The position numbers were made by a program, and so were the translations under genes. A stretch of 64,000 nucleotides of DNA from Amphiscolops sp. MND2022 (lineage: Eukaryota). The notes under the pieces were generated by a model. That model was given only the letters and a program-made list of their open reading frames with translations. It did no database searches and was not told the DNA's origin. The stretch lies in NCBI GenBank assembly GCA_964187785.1, contig OZ076409.1:75456001-75520000 (forward strand), in the 5' to 3' direction. This document shows positions 1 to 11,873 of this stretch, piece after piece. The first letter of the stretch is position 1. Every line of letters starts with the position of its first letter.

Positions 1-949
1 CCCGTTACCCCTTGGGACCGGAAATGACCGTTATGTGGGTAAAATTGCAATTTTCATACTTTTTCAAGTGTATTTAGGTGCGGAAGGAGTGGTAATAGGT
101 GCTTGGACACTATATGAGGTAAGGGAGGACGTGAGGCGAGCATTCGGAAATAACCGTTATGTTGACCCTAAAGTCCCCCTGGTACCGTAAACGACCGGAA
201 ATGGTCAAATTTTGTGTCTATTGGGTACAAATGTTTTGTATTTTGTAGATAAAAGTATCTATTAGGTGTTTCGACGGTTTGCAGTAGTGAACATAGTCAT
301 GAAACCTTGTGGGGGGTAACGGTATATAGCACCGGAAGTCAAACCGTTGGAGACAGGATAGGTTTTTTGGTTTTAAAATGTCTTTCGGCGTAATTTTTTC
401 GACTCTTGTGGACTATTTTTAAAAATTAAAGTTTTTCCATATAGTTTCAGAGACTCCGAAACCTCAACCAACATAACCGTTACCTTATGATAGCCTTTCA
501 AGTTGGCCTGGTGTCAACTTGGAAGCGCTATCCTTCTGAAATCGTTAATCAAGAGTGTTTTTGGGTAGGTATATATTGCATTAGTACCAATTAGAGCTTC
601 ATCAACAGTGTATCAACGACAAAAACTATGCCGTCATGATTCCGTTATCAGAATCATAGTGAGCAAATTGTTGAAAAAAATGGTTTTTTCCATACAAAAT
701 GTGTCCTAAATGCCAGGAAACCTATTTACCTAACAAATGGTATTAATTGGAATGTTTGTAACAGATTTATAAAAGTTCAAATTGAATATTACATTTCATT
801 ATGGAAGCTGAAACGTCATATTTTAGTTTAATTAACGTCAACGCCACACACTTTACATCAACGCACACCGTCTGTGGGCATGCCGAGGCATGCCCTTCGA
901 CGACGTATACCAAATACATACCTAACGACGCCCGTACATCCCGGGCTAG
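1..949 (+). mobile_element. Cassette type B, 5'-partial
   Basis: GATAGCC palindrome 489-532, end hairpin 876-895, ends CCCGGGCTAG. Confidence 0.75.
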
Positions 950-982
950 GTGCGGGGGGGTAACCCCAACAAAATTTTTGGA

Positions 983-1006
983 GGATTCGGGTAGGGTCCT
1001 GAATCC
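983..1006 (+). other. Representative 5' stem-loop with TAGGGT loop
   Basis: GGATTCGGG-TAGGGT-CCTGAATCC; equivalent structure with different stems in types A-F. Confidence 0.8.
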
Positions 1007-2461
1007 GATTTTGACTCTAATAGCTATCGATAGGAAATCTTGCAAAAATTTCGGGATCTCGTGATCTAACCATAGGATTTTAAAGTTGGAGCGGCCCCCA
1101 CCAGATTTTCCGAAAATTAGCGCCCCCCACCGGGTTCCATACCCCGGAAAATTTTTTTCTGGCCACACGGGCGACCGTTAGGGGGTCATTTTAGGGGTAA
1201 AATTCATATTGGGCCACATAACTTTTTTTCTGTTGATTTAAAACTTTGGGACCCTGCTAAAAGTTTCTTGACCGTGTTGCAGTGGCTCCGGAGGTCCAAA
1301 CCAAATTTTTCTATCTTGAAGCTATCTCCAAGTACCCCCCCGCTCAAACCGTTATTTTTCCGGAAACGCAGGTTTTTGACCCGGAAGGAGTCGTCTGAGC
1401 GCGGGGTCGTTAGGTGATGTTTTGGGGACGACCTTGAGACGAAGTGGGGGACATGTAGTTTGCCAACCTCAGTTTACCCCCCGGACGGGAAATGACCGTT
1501 ATATGAGCGGCAAAAATGTCCCCCTCCACGTTTTACCGCTATTTCCGGTGTGAAGGAGTGGGAGTAGCGCGTCGGGTGCCATATATCAAAAGTAGGTTTA
1601 GACAAGGATCTATCGGAAACATGTAGTTTGGGACCCCCTGGACCAACCCGTTAGCAGGAAATGGGGCTTCCGGCCCGTTTTTTTACGGTTAAAAACGGAA
1701 AATGGGCATTGAGGGGTAAATATCTCGTGAACGCGTGGAGCTACGGTGTCCTTCACCACTACAAGGTTTCATACCCATGATATGGTGCCTTCAGGGGGGC
1801 AAACAGATTTCCGCTATCTATCACCGTTACGGACTTGGCCCCCCAGCCTAACCGCTAAGTGACCGGAAATGTCACTTTTTGAGCCCAAAGGGTCGGTCCC
1901 AGCCAGGGAACGTTAGGTAACTTATTGTAGTACTCATTGAGATGAGTTGGGGGACATAGTTTCAGTCACCCCCCGTTACCCCTTGGGACCGGAAATGACC
2001 GTTATGTGAGTAAATTTGCCATTTTTGTCCTATTTGAAGGGCATTTAGATGCGGAAGGAGTGGTAATAGGTGCTTGGACACTATATGAGGTAAGGGAGGA
2101 TATGAGGCGAGCATTCGGAAATAACCGTTATGTTGACCCCAAAGTCCCCCTGGTACCGTAAACGACCGGAAATGGTCAAATTTTGTGGCCATTGGGTACA
2201 AATGTTTGGTATTTTGTAAATAAAAGTATCTATTAGGTGTTTCGACGGTTTGCAGTAGTGAACATAGTCATGAAACCTTGTGGGGGGTAACGGGGTATAT
2301 AGCACCGGAAGTCCAAACCGTTGGACACAGGATAGGTTTTTGGTTTGAAAATGTCTTTCGGCGTACTTTTGTCGACTATTATGGACTATTATTAAATATT
2401 AAAGTTTTTCCATATAGTTTCAGAGACTCCGAAACCTCAACCAACATAACCGTTACCTTAT

Positions 2462-2505
2462 GATAGCCTTTCAAGTTGGCCTGGTGTCAACTTGGAAGGG
2501 CTATC
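2462..2505. repeat. Representative B/C/D/E-type long palindrome
   Basis: GATAGCCTTTCAAGTTGGC...GTCAACTTGGAAGGGCTATC, 44 nt. Confidence 0.9.
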
Positions 2506-2921
2506 CTTCAAAACTCGTTAATCAAGTGTGTTTTTGGGTATGTTTTTATCATTTTAGAATCAATTAAAGCTCCAAGAAAAGTTTGCCAACGACAAAAACT
2601 ATGTCGTGATGATTCCGTTATTAGAATGATGGTTAACAAAATGTTGATAAAGTTAATTTTTTACCTTTCAAATGTGTCCTAAAAGCCAGAAACTCTCTTT
2701 ACCAAAAAAATGGTTTTGATTGAATTGTATATAACAGGTAATAAAAGTTCAAATTGATTATTACGTTTCATTATTCAAGCTAAAACTTCATAACATAGTT
2801 TAATTAACGTCAACGCCACACACTTTACATCAACGCCCATCGTCTGTGGGCATGCCGAGGCATGCCCTTCGACGACATATACCAAATACATACCTAACGA
2901 CGCCCGTACATCCCGGGCTAG

Positions 2922-4207
2922 GTGCCGGGATTTCTATTCGATAAAGTATGTGGCGCGTGTGGGTAGGGTCCCTGGCGCGCTCTTGGGTATGGTGTTCACC
3001 AGCTAGGAAATAGGGGTCGATTTTTCGGGATCTCCTAAACTAGCCACACGATTTGGCTGAAATTTGGCACACGTACTCCCCTCGGCATGGTGAAGATGAT
3101 TTCCTACTGACGTTTTTCCCGCAAAATTTTTTTTGTTGTCCAAAATAACGGTTTTTGGGGTAAAATTTTGAACTTTTTTTAAATTTCATCTTATATCTCG
3201 CCACGGGTTTACGCTAGCGCTTCCAAACCCTGCTAAAGAAAGCTTGCAAACTGTCTCAGGAATGTGGTGTGAAATTTTCAGCTCAATCGGACTCAAACTC
3301 GGGGAGATATAGCGTTTTTCCGGAGCGGGGGGGTTTCATTTTTCTAACGGTCCAGCTTATCTTAGCCATTTTTTCGAAAATGTACTCGCCTAAAGACCTC
3401 CCCTGGCCGGTTTTATTCCCAACAAAACCATTTGGCCCTAAATACGGAGTTTCAGCGTTCCAGCATTCCCGGGCGAAAAGTTGTGGGACTTAGAAAAGTT
3501 CAAAAATTTTCAAAAATTTTTTTTTCCGTTTTCCGCCCTCCCCCCCTAGGGGAAAAGACCCCCCAACCAGTAATTTGAGTGAATTCATGTGGAAAGGCCA
3601 TGTTTAGAGGAGAAAAATACCGTTTAGATCGTCTTTTTATCTTGGCTCAACGTTGACTTATGACGTTTTGAAGGTGATGTTTGGAGGTGTAAAGCACGTG
3701 AATAGTAAACGTTATGAGTATTTATCTGATCTGAAAGCCATTGAGATGCAATATGGTTTGCTCAAAACGTAATTCATGGCAGTTTGGCAATCAATCAACA
3801 CCCTTTGTTGTCGTTTGACATACTTTTTTGTTGTTATAATAAAAAATTTTGTGTTTTTATTCATTTTTTTCTCATCAAATAACTTGAAACAGTTGAGTAC
3901 ATTCCATCCCCCCTTCCGGGGGAGATGAGAATGTACTCGCAAAAAGCACCGAACTACGGCCCTTACCTTCCCGAGCTACGCAGTATAAGGATTACACATT
4001 GGTTCCGACATTTTCATAGAGTTATATCTTGGTAATCTGTCTGGATATGCAGAAAAATCAGCACGTGCTTTTTTATACCAAGTTGCTCACATCGACATTT
4101 ATTTTATATCAACGCCCCCATATTTATCAACGCCCCCCGTCCGTGGGCATGCCGAGGCATGCCCTTCGACGACGTATACCAAGATATGTTCGAGCGCGTT
4201 AGCCTAG
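2922..4207 (+). mobile_element. Cassette type A1 (1286 bp)
   Basis: Starts GTGCCGGGATT, GAGTACATT palindrome 3895-3938, ends GTTAGCCTAG. Confidence 0.75.
3895..3938. repeat. Representative A-type long palindrome
   Basis: GAGTACATTCCATC...GATGAGAATGTACTC, 44 nt, in all complete A units and a variant in G. Confidence 0.9.
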
Positions 4208-4210
4208 GTG
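4109..4210 (+). other. Representative conserved end module plus junction
   Basis: TCAACGCC at 4109 and 4127; GGGCATGCC-GA-GGCATGCCC 4145-4164; TTCGACGACGTAT; CTAG|GTG 4204-4210. Confidence 0.9.
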
Positions 4211-5476
4211 GCCGTGTCTTTTCGACGTGCTTTTGCATCGAGGAGTGGGTAGGGCCCCGCGACGACCTAGAAGAATTGGATGCTCACCGAAACGTGCAGA
4301 ATTCTACGAGATCTCATAGTTTGAGCCATACGATTTTGCTGAAATTTGGCATGTGGCCTGGAATTGGTGAGTAGGTAAAACGTGTAGGAGGTGATTTTTC
4401 CCAAATTCCACTCTGAGACGAGATATGGGCAAATAACGGTCCCAAAAATGGCAAAATTGCACTTTTTTCAACTTTGTCAGCCCATATCTCGTTCCCAGGT
4501 GCCCGGAGCGGGACGCGTTAAGCTGATTATAAACTCTAGGGTGTTGAGGCGGTACGGTGAACTTTGGCCCGTTCCGATCGGACTTGTAGTCTTGGAGAAA
4601 TAACGGTATTTTTGGGAAATTTTTTCTAACGGTCCAGCTTATCTTTGCCATTTTTCGAAAATGTACTCGCCTAAAGGCCTCCCCCTGGCCGAATTTACTC
4701 CCAGCAAAACCATTTGGCCCTAAATACGGAGTTTCAGCGTTCCAGCATTCCCGGGCGAAAAGTTGTGGGACTTGGAAAAATTTCAAAAATTTTCAAAATT
4801 TTTTTTTACGTTTTCCGGGCCCCCAATGAAGGGGAAACGACCCCCCAACCCTTATTTTGAGTGAATGCATGTGGAAAGGCCATGGTTAGAGGAGAAAAAT
4901 GCCGTTTAGATTGTCTTTCTATTTTAACTTGACATTGACTTATGACGTTTTGAATGTGATGTTAGGATGTGTGAGGCATGTGAAAAGTTGATGTTTTGAG
5001 TCTTTATCTCATATGAAAGCAATTGAGATGCACGCTGTCCTGCTCAAAACGTCTTCCGTTGTAGTTTTCCAGTGCACCAGAACCCTTTGGTGTCATTTGA
5101 ACATACTTTTCTTCGGTTTATTAACATTTTTAATGTATTTATTCCAATTTTTATTATCTTATAGCTCAAAACAGTTGAGTACATTTCATCTCCCTTTCGG
5201 GGGAGATGAGAATGTACTCGCTAAAGACCTAGCGCCATGACCAAAATTTGAAGCGCACGTTTTGTATCTTCTTACAGACTTGTTTTTGTATTTTTTCGGA
5301 TTTTTCTAAAAAATAATAATATACTTGAAATACATTACTTGACTTTACTACTACATTCCACCTCCAACGTCAACGCCCCCCTGCTTGCATCAACGCCCAC
5401 CGTCCGTGGGCATGCCGAGGCATGCCCTTCGACGACGTATGCCAAATGCCCAGTGCCACGCAGTCATTTTCGCTAG
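4208..5476 (+). mobile_element. Cassette type A2 (1269 bp)
   Basis: Starts GTGGCCGTGTC, ends CATTTTCGCTAG. Confidence 0.75.
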
Positions 5477-6745
5477 GTGGCCGTGTCTTTTCGACGTGCT
5501 TTTGCATCGAGGAGTGGGTAGGGCCCCGCGACGACCTAGAAGAATTGGATGCTCACCGAAACGTGCAGAATTCTACGAGATCTCATAGTTTGAGCCATAC
5601 GATTTTGCTGAAATTTGGCATGTGGCCTGGAATTGGTGAGTAGGTAAAACGTGTAGGAGGTGATTTTTCCCAAATTCCACTCTGAGACGAGATATGGGCA
5701 AATAACGGTCCCAAAAATGGCAAAATTGCACTTTTTTCAACTTTGTCAGCCCATATCTCGTTCCCAGGTGCCCGGAGCGGGACGCGTTAAGCTGATTATA
5801 AACTCTAGGGTGTTGAGGCGGTACGGTGAACTTTGGCCCGTTCCGATCGGACTTGTAGTCTTGGAGAAATAACGGTATTTTTGGGAAATTTTTTCTAACG
5901 GTCCAGCTTATCTTTGACATTTTTCGAAAATGTACTCGCCTAAAGGCCTCCCCCTGGCCGAATTTACTCCCAGCAAAACCATTTGGCCCTAAATACGGAG
6001 TTTCAGCGTTCCAGCATTCCCGGGCGAAAAGTTGTGGGACTTGGAAAAATTTCAAAAATTTTCAAAATTTTTTTTTACGTTTTCCGGGCCCCCAATGAAG
6101 GGGAAACGACCCCCCAACCCTTATTTTGAGTGAATGCATGTGGAAAGGCCATGGTTAGAGGAGAAAAATGCCGTTTAGATTGTCTTTCTATTTTAACTTG
6201 ACATTGACTTATGACGTTTTGAATGTGATGTTAGGATGTGTGAGGCATGTGAAAAGTTGATGTTTTGAGTCTTTATCTCATATGAAAGCAATTGAGATGC
6301 ACGCTGTCCTGCTCAAAACGTCTTTCGTTGTAGTTTTCCAGTGCACCAGAACCCTTTGGTGTCATTTGAACATACTTTTCTTCGGTTTATTAACATTTTT
6401 AATGTATTTATTCCAATTTTTATTATCTTATAGCTCAAAACAGTTGAGTACATTTCATCTCCCTTTCGGGGGAGATGAGAATGTACTCGCTAAAGACCTA
6501 GCGCCATGACCAAAATTTGAAGCGCACGTTTTGTATCTTCTTACAGACTTGTTTTTGTATTTTTTCGGATTTTTCTAAAAAATAATAATATACTTGAAAT
6601 ACATTACTTGACTTTACTACTACATTCCACCTCCAACGTCAACGCCCCCCTGCTTGCATCAACGCCCACCGTCCGTGGGCATGCCGAGGCATGCCCTTCG
6701 ACGACGTATGCCAAATGCCCAGTGCCACGCAGTCATTTTCGCTAG
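5477..6745 (+). mobile_element. Cassette type A2 (1269 bp)
   Basis: Near-identical to 4208-5476. Confidence 0.75.
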
Positions 6746-8013
6746 GTGGCCGTGTCTTTTCGACGTGCTTTTGCATTGAGGAGTGGGTAGGGCCCCGCGA
6801 CGACCTAGAAGAATTGGATGCTCACCGAAACGTGCAGAATTCTACGAGATCTCATAGTTTGAGCCATACGATTTTTCTGAAATTTGGCATGTGGCCTGGA
6901 ATTGGTGAGTAGGTAAAACGTGTAGGAGGTGATTTTTCCCAAATTCCACTGTGAGACGAGATATGGGCAAATAACGGTCCCAAAAATGGCAAAAATGCAC
7001 TTTTTTCAACTTTGTCAGCCCATATCTCGTTCCCAGGTGCCCGGAGCGGGACGCGTTAAGCTGATTATAAACTCTAGGGTGTTGAGGCTGTACGGGGAAG
7101 TCAGGCCCGTTCCGATCGGACTTGTAGTCTTGGAGAAATAACGGTATTTTTGGGGAACCTTTTCTAACGGTCCAGCTTATCTTTGCCATTTTTTCGAAAA
7201 TGTACTCGCCTAAAGGCCTCCCCCTGGCCGAATTTACTCCCAGCAAAACCATTTGGCCCTAAATACGGAGTTTCAGCGTTCCAGCATTCCCGGGCGAAAA
7301 GTTGTGGGACTTGGAAAATTTTCAAAAATTTTCAAAAATTTTTTTTTCGTTTTCCGGGCCCCCAATGAAGGGGAAACGACCCCCCAACCAGTATTTTGAG
7401 TGAATTCATGTGGAAAGCCCTTGTTTTGACGAGAAAAGTACCGTTTAGAACATCTTTCTATCTTGACTCAACGTTGACTTATGACGTTTTGAATGTGATG
7501 TAAGGATGTAGGAGGCATGTGATAAGTTGATGTTTTGAGTCTTTATCTCATATGAAAGCGGTTGAGATGCAAGCTGTCCTGCTCAAAACGTCTTTCGTTG
7601 TAATTTTCCAGTGCACCAATACCCTTTGGTGTCATATAAACATACTTTTCGTCGATATATTAACAATTTTAATGTATTTATTCCAATTTTTATTATCTTT
7701 TAACTCAAAACAGTTGAGTACATTTCATCTCCCTTTCGGGGGAGATGAGAATGTACTCGCTAAAGACCTAGCGCCATGACCGAAAGTTTGAAACCCACGT
7801 TTTTTATCTTCTTACAGACTTGTTTTTGTATTTTTTCGGAATTTTTTAAAAGTTAATATACTTGAAATACATTACTTGACTTTACTACTACAATCCACCT
7901 CCAACGTCAACGCCCCCTTGCTTGCATCAACGCCCACCGTCCGTGGGCATGCCGAGGCATGCCCTTCGACGACGTATGCCAAATGCCCAGTGCCACGCAG
8001 TCATTATCGCTAG
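6746..8013 (+). mobile_element. Cassette type A2 (1268 bp)
   Basis: Starts GTGGCCGTGTC, ends CATTATCGCTAG. Confidence 0.75.
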
Positions 8014-9300
8014 GTGCCGGGATTTCTATTCGTTCGAGTATGTGGCGCGTGTGGGTAGGGCCCCTGGCGCGCTCTTGTGTTTGGGGGTTTCCTACTTCTA
8101 AATCACGTTCAGATTTCCGGGATCTCGTAAACTATCCATACGATTTGGCTGAAATTTGGCACACGTACCCCCCTCGGCACGGTGAAGATGATTTCCTTCT
8201 GACGTTTTTCCCGCTAAACATTTTTTGTTGACCAAAATAACGGTTTTTGGTGGAAAATTTTTGATTTTTTTTAAATTTTATCCTATATCTCGCCACGGGT
8301 CCACGCTAGCGCTTCCAAACCTTGCTGACGAAACCTCGCAAACTGTCTCAGGAATGCTGTGTGAAATTTTCAGCTCAATCGGACTTAAACTCGGGGAGAT
8401 ATAGCGTTTTTCCGGAGCGGGGGGGTTTCATTTTTCTAACGGTCCAGCTTATCTTTGCCATTTTTTCGAAAATGCACTCGCCTAAAGGCCTCCCCTGGCC
8501 GGTTTTACTCCCAAAAAAACCATTTTGCCCTAAATACGGAGTTTCAGCGTTCTAGCATTCCGGGGCGAAAAGTTGTGGTACTTAGTAAATTTCAAAAATT
8601 TTCAAAATTTTTTTTTTCGTTATTTGGGCCCCCAAAGTGGGGGAAAAGACCCCCCAACCAGTAATTTGAGTGAATTCATGTGGAAAGGCCATGTTTAGCG
8701 GCGAAAAATGCTTTTTAGATCGTCTTTTTATTTTAACCTGTTGTTGACTTATGTTGTTTTGAAGGTGATGTTTGGATGTGTGAAGCATGTGAAAAGGTAA
8801 TTTTTTGTGTCTTTATCTCTTCTAAAAGCCATTGAGATGCAATCTGTTTTGCTCAAAACGTAATTCAATGCAATTTGGCAGTCAATGAACACAATTTGGT
8901 GTCTTTTGTTATATTTTTCTGTTGATATAATAAAAAATTTTGTGTCTTTATTAATTTTTTTTAAATAAAATAACTTGAAACAGTTGAGTACATTCCATCC
9001 CCCCTTCCGGGGGAGATGGAAATGTACTCGCTAAAAGCCGCGAACAAGAGCCCATACCTTCCTGCGCTACGCAGTATAAAGATTGCATGTTGGTTCCGAC
9101 TTTTTGGTAGTGTTATATCTTGGTAATTTGACTGAATATGGAGAAAAATCAGCAAGTGCTCTTTTATAGCAAATTGCTGACAACGACAATTTTTTTATAT
9201 CAACGCCCCCATATTTATCAACGCCCCCCGTCCGTGGGCATGCCGAGGCATGCCCTTCGACGACGTATACCAAAATATGCGTTAGCGCGGTAGCCGCTAG
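8014..9300 (+). mobile_element. Cassette type A1 variant (1287 bp)
   Basis: Starts GTGCCGGGATT, ends GGTAGCCGCTAG. Confidence 0.75.
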
Positions 9301-10585
9301 GTGCCGGGATTTCTATTCGTTCGAGTATGTGGCGCGTGTGGGTAGGGCCCCTGGCGCGCTCTTTTATTTCGGGTACACCTACTCCAAATTCACGATGTGA
9401 TTTCGACGATCTCGTAAACTAGCCACACGATTTGGCTGAAATTTGGCACACGTACCCCCCTCGGCACGGTGAAGATGATTTCCTACTGACGTTTTTCCCG
9501 CTAAACATTTTTTGTTGACCAAAATAACGGTTTTTGGGGTAAAATTTTCAACTTTTTTTAAATTTTATCTTATATCTCGCCACGGGTACACGCTAGCGCT
9601 TCCAAACCTTGCTGACGAAAGTTTGCAAACTGTCTCAGGAATGCTGTGTGAAATTTTCAGCTCAATCGGACTTAAACTCGAGGAGATATAGCGTTTTTCC
9701 GGAGCGGGGGGGTTTCATTTTTCTAACGGTCCAGCTTATCTTTGCCATTTTTTCGAAAATGCACTCGCCTAAAGGCCTCCCCTGGCCGGTTTTATTCCCA
9801 GCAAAACCATTTGGCCCTAAATACGGAGTTTCAGCGTTCCAGCATTCCCGGGCGAAAAGTTGTGGGACTTAGAAAATTTCAAAAATTTTCAAAAATTTTT
9901 TTTCCGTTATTTGGGCCCCCAAAGTGGGGGAAAAGACCCCCCAACCAGTAAAGCAAGTGAATGCATGTGCAAAGCCCTTGTTTAGAGGAGAAAAATGCCG
10001 TTTAGAACGTCTTTTTATCTTGGCTCAACGTTGACTTATGACGTTTTGAAGGTGATGTTTGGAGGTGTAAATCACGTGAATAGTAAACGTTATGAGTATT
10101 TATCTGATCTGAAAGCCATTGAGATGCAATATGGTTTGCTCAAAACGTAATTCATGGCAGTTTGGCAATCAATCAACACCCTTTGTTGTCGTTTGACATA
10201 CTTTTTTGTTGTTATAATAAAAATTTTGTGTATTTGTTCATTTTTTTCTCATCAAATAACTTGAAACAGTTGAGTACATTCCATCCCCCCTTCCGGGGGA
10301 GATGAGAATGTACTCGCAAAAAGCAGCGAATTACGGCCCTTACCTTCCCGAGCTACGCAGTATAAGGATTACATATTGGTTCCGACATTTTCATAGAGTT
10401 AAATCTTGGTAATCTGTCTGGATATGCTGAAAAATCAGCACGTGCCTTTTAATACCAAGTTGCTCACAACGACAATTATTTTATATCAACGCCCCCATAT
10501 TTATCAACGCCCCCCGTCCGTGGGCATGCCGAGGCATGCCCTTCGACGACGTATACCAAGATATACATCGAGCGCGTTAGCCTAG
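9301..10585 (+). mobile_element. Cassette type A1 (1285 bp)
   Basis: Starts GTGCCGGGATT, ends GTTAGCCTAG. Confidence 0.75.
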
Positions 10586-11873
10586 GTGCCCGGATTTCTA
10601 TTCGATAAAGTATGTGGCGCGCCTTGGGTAGGGTCCCTTGCGCGCTTTTGGGTATGGTGTTCACCAGCTAGGAAATAGGGGTCGATTTTTCGGGATCTCC
10701 TAAACTAGCCACACGATTTGGCTGAAATTTGGCACACGTACTCCCCTCGGCACGGTGAAGATGATTTCCTACTGACGTTTTTCCCGCAAATTTTTTTTTG
10801 TTGTCCAAAATAACGGTTTTTGGGGTAAAATTTTGAATTTTTTTCAAATTTTATCTTATATCTCGCCACGGGTTTACGCTAGCGCTTCAAAACCCTGCTA
10901 AAGAAAGCTTGCAAACTGTCTCAGGAATGCGGTGTGAAATTTTCAGCTCAATCGGACTCAAACTCGGGGAGATATAGCGTTTTTCCGAAGCGGGGGGGTT
11001 TCATTTTTCTAACGGTCCACCTTATCTTTGCCATTTTTTCGAAAATGCACTCGCCTAAAGGCCTCCCCTGGCCGGTTTTATTCCCAGCAAAACCATTTGG
11101 CCCTAAATACGGAGTTTCAGCGTTCCAGCATTCCCGGGCGAAAAGTTGTGGGACTTAGAAAATTTCAAAAATTTTCAAAAAATTTTTTTTCGGTTTTCCG
11201 CCCTCCCCCCCGAGGGGAAAAGACCCCCCAACCAGTAATTTGAGTGAATTCATGTGGAAAGGCCATGTTTAGAGGAGAAAAATCCCATTTAGATCGTCTT
11301 TTTATCTTTATTCAACGTTGACTTATGACGTTTTGAAGGTGATGTTTGGAGGTGTGAAGCACGTGAAAAGTAAACGTTATGAGTATTTATCTGATCTGAA
11401 AGCCATTGAGATGCAATCTGTTTTGCTCAAAATGTAATTCATTTCTGTTTGGTAGTCAATCAACACCCTTTGTTGTCATTTGACATCTTTTTTTGTTGAT
11501 ATAAGAAAAAATTTCGTGTATTTATTCATTTTTTTCTCATCAAATAACTTGAAACAGTTGAGTACATTCCATCCCCCCTTCACGGGGGAGATGAGAATGT
11601 ACTCGCAAAAAGCCCCGAACTACGGCCCTTACCTTCCTGAGCTACGCAGTATAAAGTTTGCATATTGGTTCCGACATTTTGATAGAGTTATATCTTGGTA
11701 ATCTGTCTGGGTATGCAGAAAAACCAGCACGTGCTTTTTTATACCAAGTTGCTCACAACGACATTTATTTTATATCAACGCCCCCATATTTATCAACGCC
11801 CCCCGTCCGTGGGCATGCCGAGGCATGCCCTTCGACGACGTATACCAAGATATGTTCGAGCGCGTTAGCCTAG
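10586..11873 (+). mobile_element. Cassette type A1 (1288 bp)
   Basis: Starts GTGCCCGGATT, ends GTTAGCCTAG. Confidence 0.75.

Larger units (their letters stand above)
950..2921 (+). mobile_element. Cassette type B (1972 bp)
   Basis: Starts GTGCGGGGGG, GATAGCC palindrome 2462-2505, ends CCCGGGCTAG. Confidence 0.75.

Noticed and set aside
950..2921. Group II intron (type B starts GTGCG, with a conserved hairpin near the 3' end)
   Set aside because: Other types start GTGCC/GTGG, ends are AG rather than AY, and the hairpin does not match domain V (no catalytic triad with GNRA loop).
4109..4134. Kinetoplast minicircle conserved block (minus-strand GGGCGT resembles CSB-1)
   Set aside because: The universal GGGGTTGGTGTA block was not seen, and the units form a continuous mixed tandem array.
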